Positions 52,579 to 64,000 of a stretch of DNA of 64,000 nucleotides are shown here, piece by piece. The stretch's first letter is position 1, and each line of letters opens with the position of its first letter. The position numbers were made by a program, and so were the translations under genes. The stretch comes from Mobula hypostoma (Eukaryota). The stretch lies in NCBI RefSeq assembly GCF_963921235.1, contig NC_086097.1, positions 47,618,001-47,682,000 on the forward strand, read 5' to 3'. Below the pieces are notes generated by a model. The model did no database searches. It saw only the letters and a list, made by a program, of their open reading frames with translations, and was not told where the DNA came from.

Positions 52579-53329
52579 GACCTAAACAGATGCAATGTTA
52601 AATTTTCTGTACTATACATTCAGGGTGACACACTGTTTTCTGCTTTTGTGTTTGGAATTTTATTTTCATGCCCATCTCTTAAAAATCACAAGACAACAGA
52701 TTACTGCAATTGGAGAAGCATTCAATTTAATGTTAAACCTACAGACAGATTTACTGGTACACAATACATGGAAACAACTTTCCTGCTTATGGGTGGAATT
52801 AGGACACACCAATAAACAAAGCAGGGAAATAGGCCTCGTCATATTATTACATGCACATGCAAATTCCTATAATGGTCTGACAATTAAAGTATGCATGGAT
52901 GGGGGAGGGGGAGGAGGGGAAGGAATAAATTACATCACATTTTAAAACCGCATCTGATTACATCAGATGTTGTTTTGCAATAATTAATGTATCACATTTA
53001 TAACTTACCTGTACTTGGAATGCACACGACTTTTCCCAAACGTATTTTGAATCACATTTATTATCACTGACATATGTTGTGAAATTTATCCACCAAGTAC
53101 AATTCCACATTCCCCCATGTATTTTAATAATGTACAAAAGGTGACCAAGTTGTCTAGTTTCAAGAGCAGGGCTCTTTCAGTGACTTCCTTTTGCATAATT
53201 TAATATGTACCTGACAGTTATAACAATTAAAATGGATACTTCAAGCATTACTTACTTTTCCTGCAAATTTATTGTTTTATCTTAAAGATTTCTTTCTATT
53301 CAGTGAGAAAACCAGAGCAAAGTAGTAAG

Positions 53330-53995
53330 AAAAATAAAACACTGTTAAAGTTCAAGTAAAAAGAAAAGACTAGTGGGGCAAGTGTGGTCTCTGATAGCAA
53401 TAACAGAATTAATCATTGAGGAAAAGAAAATTTGCAGAGGTCACTCAAGTCTGCAAATTTCTCAAAAATGCCAGAAATCAAGAATCTAGTGCAAATTATT
53501 AAAATAAATTATTAGTTTAAAATAAACTAACTACTGATACAAAACTGATAAATTCTAAGGACCAGATGATCTCATTCCAGAGTTTTCAGAGAAACAGCTA
53601 AAAAGATATTGGAGGCTTTAGCTTCCATTTCCCAAAATTCTATAAATTTTCTAATGATTCCTGCAAATTGAAGGTAGAAAATAGCCCCACTATTTAAGGG
53701 AAGGAGAGAGAAAACAGGAAACTACTGACCAGTTTGGGATCAATAGCTGGAAAATTGGTGAAATCTACAATAAAAGGATACAATATTTAGATATTGTAAA
53801 TTAGATTTATTAAGGGAAATTGTTTCTTTAATTTATTACAGTTCTTTTAAGATTAATGTAGTAGAATATTTAAGGTGGAACAAGTGTATATGGTATACTA
53901 GGAGTTTCAGATGGATTTCTCCAAGGTCCAAAGGACCACTTAAGATTTGAGGATGTAGTATTGGGCGTAATTTAATAGCATAGATTAAAATTCAT
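53330..53995 (+). mobile_element. Old, highly degenerate CR1 fragment
   Basis: Remnants such as gataaattctaagggaccagatg, ccccactatttaag and aactactgaccagttt. Confidence 0.6.
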
Positions 53996-54009
53996 TAACA
54001 GATTTTTAT

Positions 54010-54878
54010 TTCAAAAGAAAAACAGTTCTATTTTAACTTCATCAGTCCACAAGACTTGTTTCCAAAATGCATCAGGCTTGTTTAGATGTTCCTTTGAACC
54101 TTTTGAATAAAACTTTTTGGCCGCAATGAGCAAAGGTATGTTTGGAGAAAAAAGGGTACAAAATTTCATGAAAAGAACACCTCTCCAACTGTTAATCACG
54201 GGGGTGGATTGATCATGCTTTGGGGCTTGTGTTGCAGCCAGTGGCACGGGGAACATTTCACTGGTAGAGGGAAGAATGAATTCAATTAAATACCAGCAAA
54301 TTCTGGACGCAAACATCACACCATCTGTAAAAAAGCTGAAGGTGAAAAGAGGATGGCTTCTACAACAGGATAATGAACCTAAACACACCTCAAAATCCAC
54401 AATGGACTACCTCAAGAGCCGCAAGCTGAAGGTTTTGCCACGGCCCTCACAGTCCCGACCTAAATATCATCGAGAATCTGTGGATAGACCTCAAAAGAGC
54501 AGTGCATGCAAGACCACCCAAGAATCTCACAGAACTAGAAGCCTTTTTCAAGGAAGAATGGGTGAAAATCCCCCAAACAAGGATTGAAAGACTCTTAGCT
54601 GCCTGCAAAAAGCGTTTACAAGCTGAGATACTTGCCAAAAGGAGTGTTACTAAGTACTGCCATGCAGGGCGCCCAAACTTTTGCTTCAGGCCCTTTTCCT
54701 TTTTTGTTATTTTGAAACTGTAAAAGATGGAAATAAAAAGTTTTCTTGCTTAAAATATTAAAGAAATGTGTCATCTTTAACTTTATGCCTTTTGAAAATC
54801 AGTTCATCTTTTACTCGCTTAGCTATTCATAGGAACAGAAATTTTGACCAGGGGTGTCCAAACTTCTGCATGCCACTG
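54010..54878 (+). mobile_element. Tc1-family DNA transposon, right half, with IR/DR-type TIR
   Basis: Transposase motifs HGG, MNSIKYQQIL, QQDNEPKH, PSQS and EEW. The right end is ...gccactg|TA, with direct repeats at 54665-54684 and 54849-54869. The WTDE segment (~54010-54100) is inverted. Confidence 0.9.
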
Positions 54879-55201
54879 TATATATACATATTAGTTAAAT
54901 TAAAAATAGTGCAAAATCCCCAGAAATAATAAAAATGAGCTAGTGTTCATGGGTTCAATGCACATTTAGAAATCAGATGACAGAGGGGAAGAAACTGTTC
55001 CTGAATCGCTGAGTGTCTCTCTTCAGGTTTCTGTACCTCCTTCCTGACGGCTACAGATCCTGGGTGATGGGGTCCTTAATGATGGACTCCATCTTTCTGA
55101 GGCATTGCTGCTTGAAGGTGTTTTGGACACCATGGAGGCAAGTACCAAGATGAAGCTGATAATTTTACAACTTTCTGCAGCTTCTTTCGGTCCTGTGTAG
55201 T

Positions 55202-57509
55202 CATCATCATCAGGTGCCATGCCCAGTTTGAGCTTTGACTGCCATGGCCCACACACTCCTGTTTCCGGTCAAGTGGATCAATTCATTGGTATTCATTTCC
55301 AGTTCTCTGGCTTCTGTCTCCATCATTATTTGTCTTTAACTTCCTCTTGATTTCTTCCCTTCAATCTTTCCCATAATTACCATGCATTCTAACTCCTCTT
55401 TCATAATCACATGTCCAATGAAGTCACATTGCCTTTTCATGATCTCATACGTTATTTCTCTTTTTGTGCTTGCTCTGTTCATGACATCCTCATTAGATAT
55501 TCATTTCGTCCATGATATTCTTTGCATCCTCCTCAAAAACCACATCTCTGCTGCTTCAATTCGTTTCCTCATGTTACTAGATATTGTCCAACATTCTGAG
55601 CCATATAACATAACTGGATAAATGTAACATTTTAGTGCTCTGAGGCAGGTTGTCATGCCTAGTTTAGTGTTGGTCAGTATACTCTTCATTTTTGTAAAGG
55701 TGTCTTTTGCCATCCCTGTTCTTCTTTTGATGTCCATGTCGCACCTGCCATCTGAAGTCACCCAGCTTCCTAAGTAGCAAAAGTTCTGTACTTGTTTTAT
55801 GTCTTCCCCATTTATTCTCAGCCTGCAGACAGGATTCTCCTTCTTTTTGGATATCACCATACATTCTGTCTTTTTGCAATTGATAGACAGACCCATTTTT
55901 GCACTTTCTTCAACAACTATATCAATTAAGTTTTGTAGTTCTTCCTCCGTACTTGCAATTAACACAGTGTCATACGCATAACTAAAATTATTGATGTTTT
56001 CACCGCCAACTTTGTCTCTTATTATGACTCTAAACTGCAACTGGTGACGAGGCTCTGACTGGGGATTTACAGACCTTTGGGGAAGTGGAGTTACCCCTTA
56101 GGCATTCATTACTCCCAGGGCCGCTCTGACCCAGAATGGTAACACCTGCAAGGGTTCCTGCTCAAGATACGAGCCAAGGCCAACGGCGGAACAGGCAGGT
56201 TCAGTAACTGAACTTATGACGGAGAAGGCAGGTGACCTACAACCTCAAATGTCAACAGCTATGGTACAGGCAGATGAACATTTGGGAAGAAAAATGGCGA
56301 CTTCTTTAGTTTGCCCAACGGAAGGCAATAGCAAACCACTGTTGCTAGATACTAGGGTTCCTACAATCTATTTGCTAAGAAAACCATGGTCAAACTCAAA
56401 ATGTATCGTATAACAACAGTGTCAAGAGGATCTTCAAGACAAATCTGAAGATGCTTCGCTTGGTAGGGTTGATTCTGGGCAGCAGGGGATGCCCGACTGT
56501 CATCAAGCTACTACTCATAAAATTCAAATAACACGAAGTTCATTGGACAGGTGCTGGAACATGTCAGAATAGAAATAAAACACTATTCTTGTGGAACATC
56601 CCATACTAATGGAGTAGGAATTTCTTAAAAATGAAAACATGGCAAAAAAGTGTTTTAGTACATTGGGCAATATCAGAAAGAGTGCTCCTTGTTAGATTCA
56701 GAGGACAACCATTTGATTTAGCAGTTATACAGGTATATGTACCAACAACGGATGAAACAAATGAGGATATAAATATATTCTATGAAGAGCTTGAACAAGC
56801 AAAGAATGGATGCAAATTTCAAGATATTGTTATTGTCATGGGAAATCCAAATGTAGGACAAGGTGCTGATGGAAATACTATCGGAAAATTTGGACTAGGG
56901 GAAAGAAATGAAAAAGGCGAGAAATAGGTAGAATGGTGTAAGATGAATAATCAGGTCATTATGAATACCTACTTTAAGAACCATTCGAGACGCTTATGGA
57001 CCTGGAAAAGTCCAGGTGATAACACCAGAAATCAAATTGACTTAATTACTATCAACCAAAGATTTAGAAACTCAGTGACTCAATGCAAACCATATCCAGG
57101 TGCAGATTGTAATAGTGACCATAACCCAGTAATACGTCATGTAAAAGTAAAACCTAAAAAATTAAAGCAGCAAAAATCAAAGAAAACTTAAGACAAAAAT
57201 TTACAATTGAAGTAAGGAATAGATTTAAAAGTCTAGAAATAGGATCTGTTGAAGATGATAGCAATCACGTAGAAATGAAGTTTAACTCTCTAAAGGACGC
57301 CTTGTCATCAGCAAAGTCAGTGATTCCTAAACAAGAAAAAAGCATAAAGAATAAATGGATGACAGATGAAATCAAGAATCTAATGGAAGGAGACAGAAGA
57401 AAGCAAATCCTATAGAATATAAGTCCTTAGATAAAAAAAAGTTAAAAGCTTATGTCAAAAAGCCAAAGAAGAATGGTTAAATCAGGAAGGTGAGCAATTA
57501 GGAAGAATC
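55202..57509 (-). mobile_element. RTE (BovB-like) LINE with inverted 5' segment
   Basis: 55202-~56015 is minus-strand RT/3' end (YAYDTVL, FCYLGS, (GAT)n tail). ~56015-57509 is plus-strand 5' UTR/endonuclease (IQVYVPT, TWKSPG, NQID, SDHNP). 10-bp TSD cctgtgtagt at 55192-55201 and 57510-57519. Confidence 0.92.
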
Positions 57510-57519
57510 CCTGTGTAGT

Positions 57520-58012
57520 AGCCCTTCCTTATACCAGACAATGATGCAGACTGTCAGAATACTCCCCACAGCATATCTGTAGAAGTTTGTGTTTTTGGTG
57601 ACACCAAATCTCCTCAAACTCCTAATGAAATATAGCCACTGTCTTGCCTTCTTTATAGCGGCATCAATAAGTCAGGACCTGGTCAGATCCTCATAGATCT
57701 TGACACCAGGAACTTAAAATAGCTCACTGTCTCCACTTCTCATCCTTTTATAATGATTGGTTCATGTTCTCTTGTCCTACCCTTTCTGAAGGCCACAATC
57801 AGCTCTTTGGGCTTACTGTCGTTGAGTATAAGGTTGTTGCTGCGACACCACTTAATTAGCTGGTATATCTCGCTCCTGTACACCCTCTCGTCTCAATCTG
57901 AGGTTCTGCCAACAACGGTTGTGTCATCATCAAATTTATAGATGGCATTTGAGCTATGACTAACCACACAGTCATGCAGTCAACCACGCAGTGGGCTAAG
58001 CACACATCCCTG
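57520..58012 (-). mobile_element. Rex/Babar-type LINE RT fragment (host of the RTE insertion; continues at ~54885-55191)
   Basis: Minus-strand translation gives KFDDDTTVVG, YRSEIYQL..WCRSNNL and KPKELIV. Confidence 0.75.
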
Positions 58013-58994
58013 AATGTTGATCATATTGTTTCAAATGAAGTAAAAAGTTATTGAATTTTTTTGCGGGGTATTAGCAAACTATTCTCTGAACATGGCCTTC
58101 CTTCGTTACAAAACCCAGTTTACTACAACCTAGTCTGAAACATTATGGGAATTCAAAAATGAAATTAATTATGCCCTTGATAGTTTTAATCTGTTATAGC
58201 ATGGATCCCAAAATAATTAGGCATTCAGGTAATTAATAATAGCTTTTGGTGTGCTCTTTTTTTTCTGTAATGTTAATGTAGATATAAAATTTAACACCGA
58301 TGGACAAAAACCTACCTAAACATTTTCTAAAAATATTCAGTCAATAAATGTGGTCTTCGCAGGTTGAGCCAGCACTTAATTGCCCATCTCTATTGGCTCT
58401 TTGAGAAGAGGTGGTGAATTGCCCTCTTGAACCGCTCTGGGGCCTTGAGGTGTGGGTTCTAGAATTTTGATCCAGCAACAATGAAGGAACAGTGATATAC
58501 TTACAAATCATAATAGGGTATGGCTTGGAGTTTACTTCCAGGTGGTGTTCTCAGTTGTTGCTGCCCTAGTCCTGCCTGGCAGAGGGTGTTTGTTTAGAAG
58601 ATGTTGTCTAAGAAGTCACTGCAGTGGATTCTGTCTATGGTATAAACTGCTCTTAATGTACACTGGTTGTCTATCAAGTGGGCTGCTACATCTTGTAAGG
58701 TGTTGAGCTTCTTATTACTTGCAAGTGAGGAGTAGTCCATCACACTCCTGACTTGAGTATTATAGAAATTCTACGGCAAAGTAAGTTAGGTGATATTACC
58801 TTGCCATGGGATTCCTAGCCTCTAACCCCCTTTTCCTGGAGCTACACATATTCTGTATAGGCTACTTCAAATTTTAAAAGAATTCAAAGTAGTACAAAAC
58901 TTGATTGAAAATGCATTCTTAATAAGTTGCTAATATGTTGCAATAAGTCCAATGTGTCAAAGAGACATTTTTATTGTTTTTGACAAGAACCTAT

Positions 58995-59392
58995 AATTTA
59001 TGGGAGCTAGGGTTTTACTCTTTGGAGAGGAGGAGGATGAGGGGAGACATGATTGAGGTATACAAGATATTAAGAGGAACAGAGAGTGGACAGCCAGCGC
59101 CTCTTCCCCAGGGCACCACTGCTCGATACAAGAGGACATGGCTTTAAGGTAAGGGGTGGGAAGTTCAAGGTGGATATTAGAGGAAGGTTTTTTACTCAGA
59201 GTGTGGTTGGTGCGTGGAATGCACTGCCTGAGTCAGTGGTGGAGGCAGATACACTAGTGAAGTTTAAGAGACTACTAGACAAGTATATGGAGAAATTTAA
59301 GGTTGGGTGTTATATGGGAGGCAGGGTTTAAGGGTCGGCACAACCTTGTGGGCCGAAGGGCCTGTAGTGTGCTGTACTATTCAATGTTCTAT
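58995..59392 (+). mobile_element. CR1 LINE 3' end
   Basis: ORF 59086..59331 TRGHGFKVRGGKF..DIRGRFFTQSVV..WNALP; tail gggccgaagggcctgtagtgtgctgtac. Confidence 0.88.
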
Positions 59393-62300
59393 GGATCAGT
59401 TTTAATAGCAATTTATATTATGAAGGGCATGAAGCATGGACAGAAGGGCACTTTGGTTCCAATGTGAGAAATTGTGCATAAAGTGATCTGAAGCAACCAC
59501 TGAGAGGGATCGAGCCAATGGGATGATTGAGGAAAATGCGCATGTACTCATTGGGAGTTTAGAATGAGAGAAAATCTTTTTTTGTACCACATTGGATTCT
59601 GAGCATGGTTTGACAAGGTAACATTGCGAGAACTTTTCCCCTTACAGAGAATCACACTGCTAGCATTATTTCAGAATAAGGGTCACCCATTTAAAACAAG
59701 TCTGAGGACTGTAGTTCTTTGGAATCGTCTTGCTGTAAACCATATACTTTTTAAATCTTTCTCTCAAAGTTGATCTTACATACTCTTATTCTACACATTA
59801 CTGTCAAGCTTTTGCCCACGCAAACCCACTAATAAACAGACCTCTCACAGATTTCATATTCCCTGCACCACTCACTTTCCAATCTATTTTTGGACCATCA
59901 GCAATTTAACAGATTCAGCCCACTTATTCAAGATATTAATATAGATTATAAACAAAGGCCCAGCATTAATCCCTGCAGCACCCCATGAGTTATAGGTCAA
60001 ATTGCAGGAAAAAAGGATCAATCCCACTATGATCAAACCTGTAGACAGTTGCTGTTTGGTGTACTGATTTCTACCTGGCAAAGACTTGTCGCCAATTTTG
60101 GCACTTCTTAACACTCTGGACATCGATAAGCATCAGGCCAGTACCATAGTCACTATCTTCTTTCCCCTTAGAGATCTTTGCTTCAAAACCACAACATGTA
60201 ACCTACTTCTACCTCCTCCTCTATATCCAAATCAAGAACACCCTAAAAGTTCTATTGTTTCAGCTATTACTATTCATTTATTCTATTCACTTTCTTTCCC
60301 ACTTGCATCCCTGACATTCAGTGGATCATTCTGTTAATTTTTACAAGCTTCAAAGTTATCCCCCCCCCCACATTTTTTGATTGTCATTAGATTCCTATAT
60401 TTTAACAAAAATCAATATCATCTTGAGAAACAAAACCTCATATTCTGATGGTACATTACAGCTTTCAAGTCAGAACAATACAAAAATAACTTCAGACAAC
60501 AAACATCTAATTTGTGAGAACATGACAGCTCTGAAGAAAAGGTCATCCATCTGAAATTGAAACTTACTTTCTTTGCAGATACAATTGATCAGATTTACAT
60601 TTCAGAAGTTTTCTACTTTTAGCTGTTTTCAGTTAGGCACTAATCCTTACTCTATGCTAATGGAATATCTCCAATATAACGAGCCTCTATATTTTATAGT
60701 AAAATTTTGTGGCACTTTAATTGAATGATTTATGGAGATCCAAATGCACTACCTATATCCACTATATCCAACTACCTACATCCACTCTGGTAGATCCATT
60801 GTCAAAATCAAAGAAAGGATATCAAACACTATTCCCTTATTCAAAAAAAAAGTAACTCATGTAAATTGCATTTCTAGCTTCTACAGCTCTGCTGTCTTAA
60901 TGGGATTCCAACATTTTTCCAATGACAGCTACTAGACTGTCAAGTCTGATCTGGCAAATTTCAGTGGACAGATCGTTGAATGTAACTGGATGGGTACCAG
61001 TGCAAGTTTATGATAAGTTGCCAGATTCACATGCAATGTTCTGTGTTGGAGTGCAGCCTGGAAATTGCAAGTAGAACTCCAATGACAAATTTGTGATTTC
61101 TATAATTGTGTCAGTGCATCAAGCTTTCCAATATAGGAATAAAGACCTGCATCGCAATTTGGTACTGAACTGCCCTCATTTCACAGCAAGCTCCAGACCA
61201 AAGAATTAATGCAATATTTGATAAGACTTACCAGTCTACCTTTGCAAAATCATGCCAGACCACAGTTTAATGTTATTAAATGTCCTTAAGTAACAAGATC
61301 AATTTACAGTTTTACACTACTAAAACAGAAATAGAAGTACATCATGTTAAATGTTTATAAGTAAATAATCTTGAGTTTATAATAAATTTGATGACGGCTT
61401 AATGTTGAATGATGTCCACATTTTAAATTTTTGAACATGTATTCAATAGATCAACTGTACATCAATGTTTTTATAAATACACTAAAAACTAATTTTAGCA
61501 AAATTTCTTTTTTAACCAGCAGTAACAAAATACATTGTGAAATGTCTGAATTTTGAAGCAATTCACACATATTAAAATACCACACACAAACTGCTGGAGG
61601 AACTTAGCAGGTGAGGCAGCATCTATGGAAACGAGTACAGTTGACGTTTTGGACCGAGACCTTTCATCAGGACTGGAGAAAAAAAATGTACTGCAGGATT
61701 ATTATTCCCCATGCTTCAATGTATTCGCGAAAGCACTAAATGGCTGTTAAGTTCTCACTATCCAAGGGATGCTGTACATTCACTCATATCAATGGTTACA
61801 AGTTAAACTTTAATCCTTGGCACATAGCCATGGTGTGCCAAAGCCCAGTGAAAGTGAGAATGTTGTACCACAACTGACAATAGCTTATTTACTCTGAGTA
61901 TGTCATTCCTCCACAAGCATGTTACTGCCAATTGGTGACTGAGTTCAACAAAGAAAATAGTACGCACCTCTCCACCATCAATTGTTAAATTAAACCAAAA
62001 ATGGAAAAAAAAATCAAAACTAATCAGAAAATTGAACTGTAAAATGTTGATTGTATCATCAGTTTGCAGCAAAACTTCCTGTTAACTGCAGGCTGCAAAA
62101 AAGATCTTGTATAACAAAATAACAATGCCAATCAATATTGTGGATAACTTAGAGCACACCACATATAGCAAGTACCATGAAAAGGAAGTTTATTCTGACT
62201 TCAATAAAGCTTTGCTAACACAGCAAGTTAACATAATGATCATAATAGCTGGAAAAATTCAGATCAGGTAGCGTCCAGAGATTGAAACAGATCAACATTC

Positions 62301-62483
62301 AAGTCAATGACCATTCATCTGAATAGATTGGAAGATCAATTACTTGAAATAATGTTTTCCTCTCTCCCTCTCCACAGATGCTGTCTGCCCTCCTGAGATC
62401 TTGCAGCTTTTTGTTTCTCATTTCCAGCAAGTTCAATTTTTTTTAAAAACCTAATTGCCAGAGTTACTCTTTTGGTGATAGAA

Positions 62484-62657
62484 TTATGTCCTGTCTTTAC
62501 AGCAGCCTTTTCCCAACCTTTTTTGCCCTGGAGGAATACTTGAAACAATTTTGAGGTCTGAGGGAACCCCTTATGTCCTGTCTTTACAGCAGCCTTTTCC
62601 CAACCTTTTTTGCCCTGGAGGAATACTTGAAACAATTTTGAGGTCTGAGGGAACCCC
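62484..62657. repeat. Perfect 87-bp tandem duplication spanning the left end of a hAT-type element
   Basis: 62484-62570 is identical to 62571-62657; each unit contains cagccttttcccaacctttttt. Confidence 0.95.
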
Positions 62658-62779
62658 TTCATAAAAATTATTATAGCTACAACTCATGGTATGTTAGCGT
62701 GATAGTAAACAGCGAATTGGTCCGCGAGACCAGGCAGAAGAAAGGATGCCTAACAGCAAGTTGTCTGGTTAGACCTAGC

Positions 62780-64000
62780 CAACACCAATGGATCAATTCC
62801 ACAAGTCCTCATCCAGCTGGCCTGGACCACTACATTATCCCGCCAGTAACGCAAGACACGATCACTAGCTACCTAGTAGGGTTCAAGCTACGCTTCACTT
62901 CAGCCCACTTTACAACCAGGTGGCAAGACCTCCAAAAAGGGATTCCAACAGGCTGTATCATTTCCCCCCAACTTGTTTGCTATGGATATGAATCTCCTCA
63001 TAGCAACAGCAGCAGACGTAACTCAAAGCCCAGTGTTGGAGACTGGCATCCAACAACCAGCAATATGGGGTTCATGGATAACATAATGGTAACCACTCTA
63101 ACCCATGTCCAAGCAAGGAGGATATTGGAAACCCAGACAATGCATGGCGATCAAAAAGGGCAAGGTTACTAGCAAGTTCAGTCTTCGAATACAGAGAGAA
63201 GTCATTCCAACCACAGAGGATAGCCTGCTAAAGTGTCTTGGAAAGTGGTTTAATCCAGCAATGATAGACAGTGCCAACATCACCGACACTGTCAAGCAGA
63301 ATGAAGAGTGGCTGAAGAAGATTGACAAAGTCAGACTCCCTGGTAAATTTAAGACATGGCTGTACTAACATAGTCCATTACCAAGGCTGCTCTAGCTTTT
63401 CACAGTGTACAAGTTCCCCATGACTACTGTAGAAGGCATTGAGAGCAAAGTCAACAAGCACCCAAGGAGGTGGCTGGGAAACCCCCTCCCCCCCAAGTTT
63501 TTCTTCAGTGGGGCTCTACACAAGATCAGGCCAGCTACAGCTCCCATTGTCTTCAGAAGTGGAGGAGTTCAAGGTGGCAAAGTGTAGAGTTGTGTTAACT
63601 CTGAGGGGCCATGACGACAAGCTAACAAACCAAGCGGGAGTCACAACAAAAATCCAGTGAAAATGGGCCACCAACTAGGCCATGGACCAGGCAGTAAGCT
63701 CTCTGCAATTGAGACACATCACTGACAACCCATGGTTGGGACAGCAAGGCCCCGGCTCTGCACACATCCTATGAGATTGCGGGGGGGGGGGGAAGAGACA
63801 TGGTCCAGCGAGAGGTACAGAACCATGAGGACGAAAGGTGGGTATTGAAGGCAATGGAGTTGAGGTCACAGGGCACCTGGACGAAACAAGATCTTCCCAA
63901 GTGCAAGATCACCTGGACAGAGCTTTGGAGACAACAGCCCTTTTGCACTTCTTTCCTCCTGCGGTCTGTGTATGGCACCCTCCCTACACCATCACAATAG
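62780..64000 (+). mobile_element. Hero-like (R2 group) non-LTR retrotransposon RT fragment, degenerate, running off the window end
   Basis: Frameshifted peptides WQDLQKGIPTGCIISP, GFMDN, IKKGKV, KCLGKWF, LPGKFKTWLY, RWLG, LQLPLSS and QGTWTK. Confidence 0.75.

Noticed and set aside
62336..62662. 108-aa ORF with an internal peptide repeat
   Set aside because: The repeat is only the 87-bp DNA duplication, whose length is a multiple of three; there is no coding evidence.
46706..64000. ASPP1 first exon and promoter
   Set aside because: No CpG island or convincing short ATG exon was found; it probably lies beyond the window.
1..64000. CRISPR array, prokaryotic operon or intact autonomous transposon
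   Set aside because: There is no repeat-spacer periodicity, the gene structure is spliceosomal, and every TE ORF is truncated, frameshifted or interrupted by stops.

Overview
This is vertebrate genomic DNA. The repeat families (CR1, Rex1/Babar, V-SINE, Penelope) point to a cartilaginous fish, probably a ray; that assignment is inference. The only host gene is a minus-strand ASPP1 (PPP1R13B) orthologue. Eight internal coding exons (46705-46558, 37686-37567, 34381-34308, 21269-21168, 12147-11973, 9682-9486, 8693-8529, 7699-7501) have GT-AG ends and join into one open frame of 1180 nt, covering the N-terminal ubiquitin-like domain and coiled-coil region. The first exon and the proline-rich/ankyrin/SH3 exons were not found and presumably lie outside the window. 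The introns are a dense, nested set of degenerate transposons: a two-LTR Gmr1-like (SCAN-gag, PR-IN-RT order) Gypsy element, CR1, L1/Tx1, Rex1/Babar, RTE (BovB-like), Hero-like and Penelope retroelements, Tc1, hAT and Tigger DNA elements, and SINEs. The most notable observations are minimal hammerhead-ribozyme motifs in Penelope terminal repeats, a Gypsy element lacking three enzyme cores, a bipartite Rex1 derivative, a LINE insertion with 3' tails at both ends, and an RTE insertion with a twin-priming-type inversion. No prokaryotic genes, CRISPR arrays, rRNA or true tRNA genes were seen. TE boundaries without a stated TSD are approximate.
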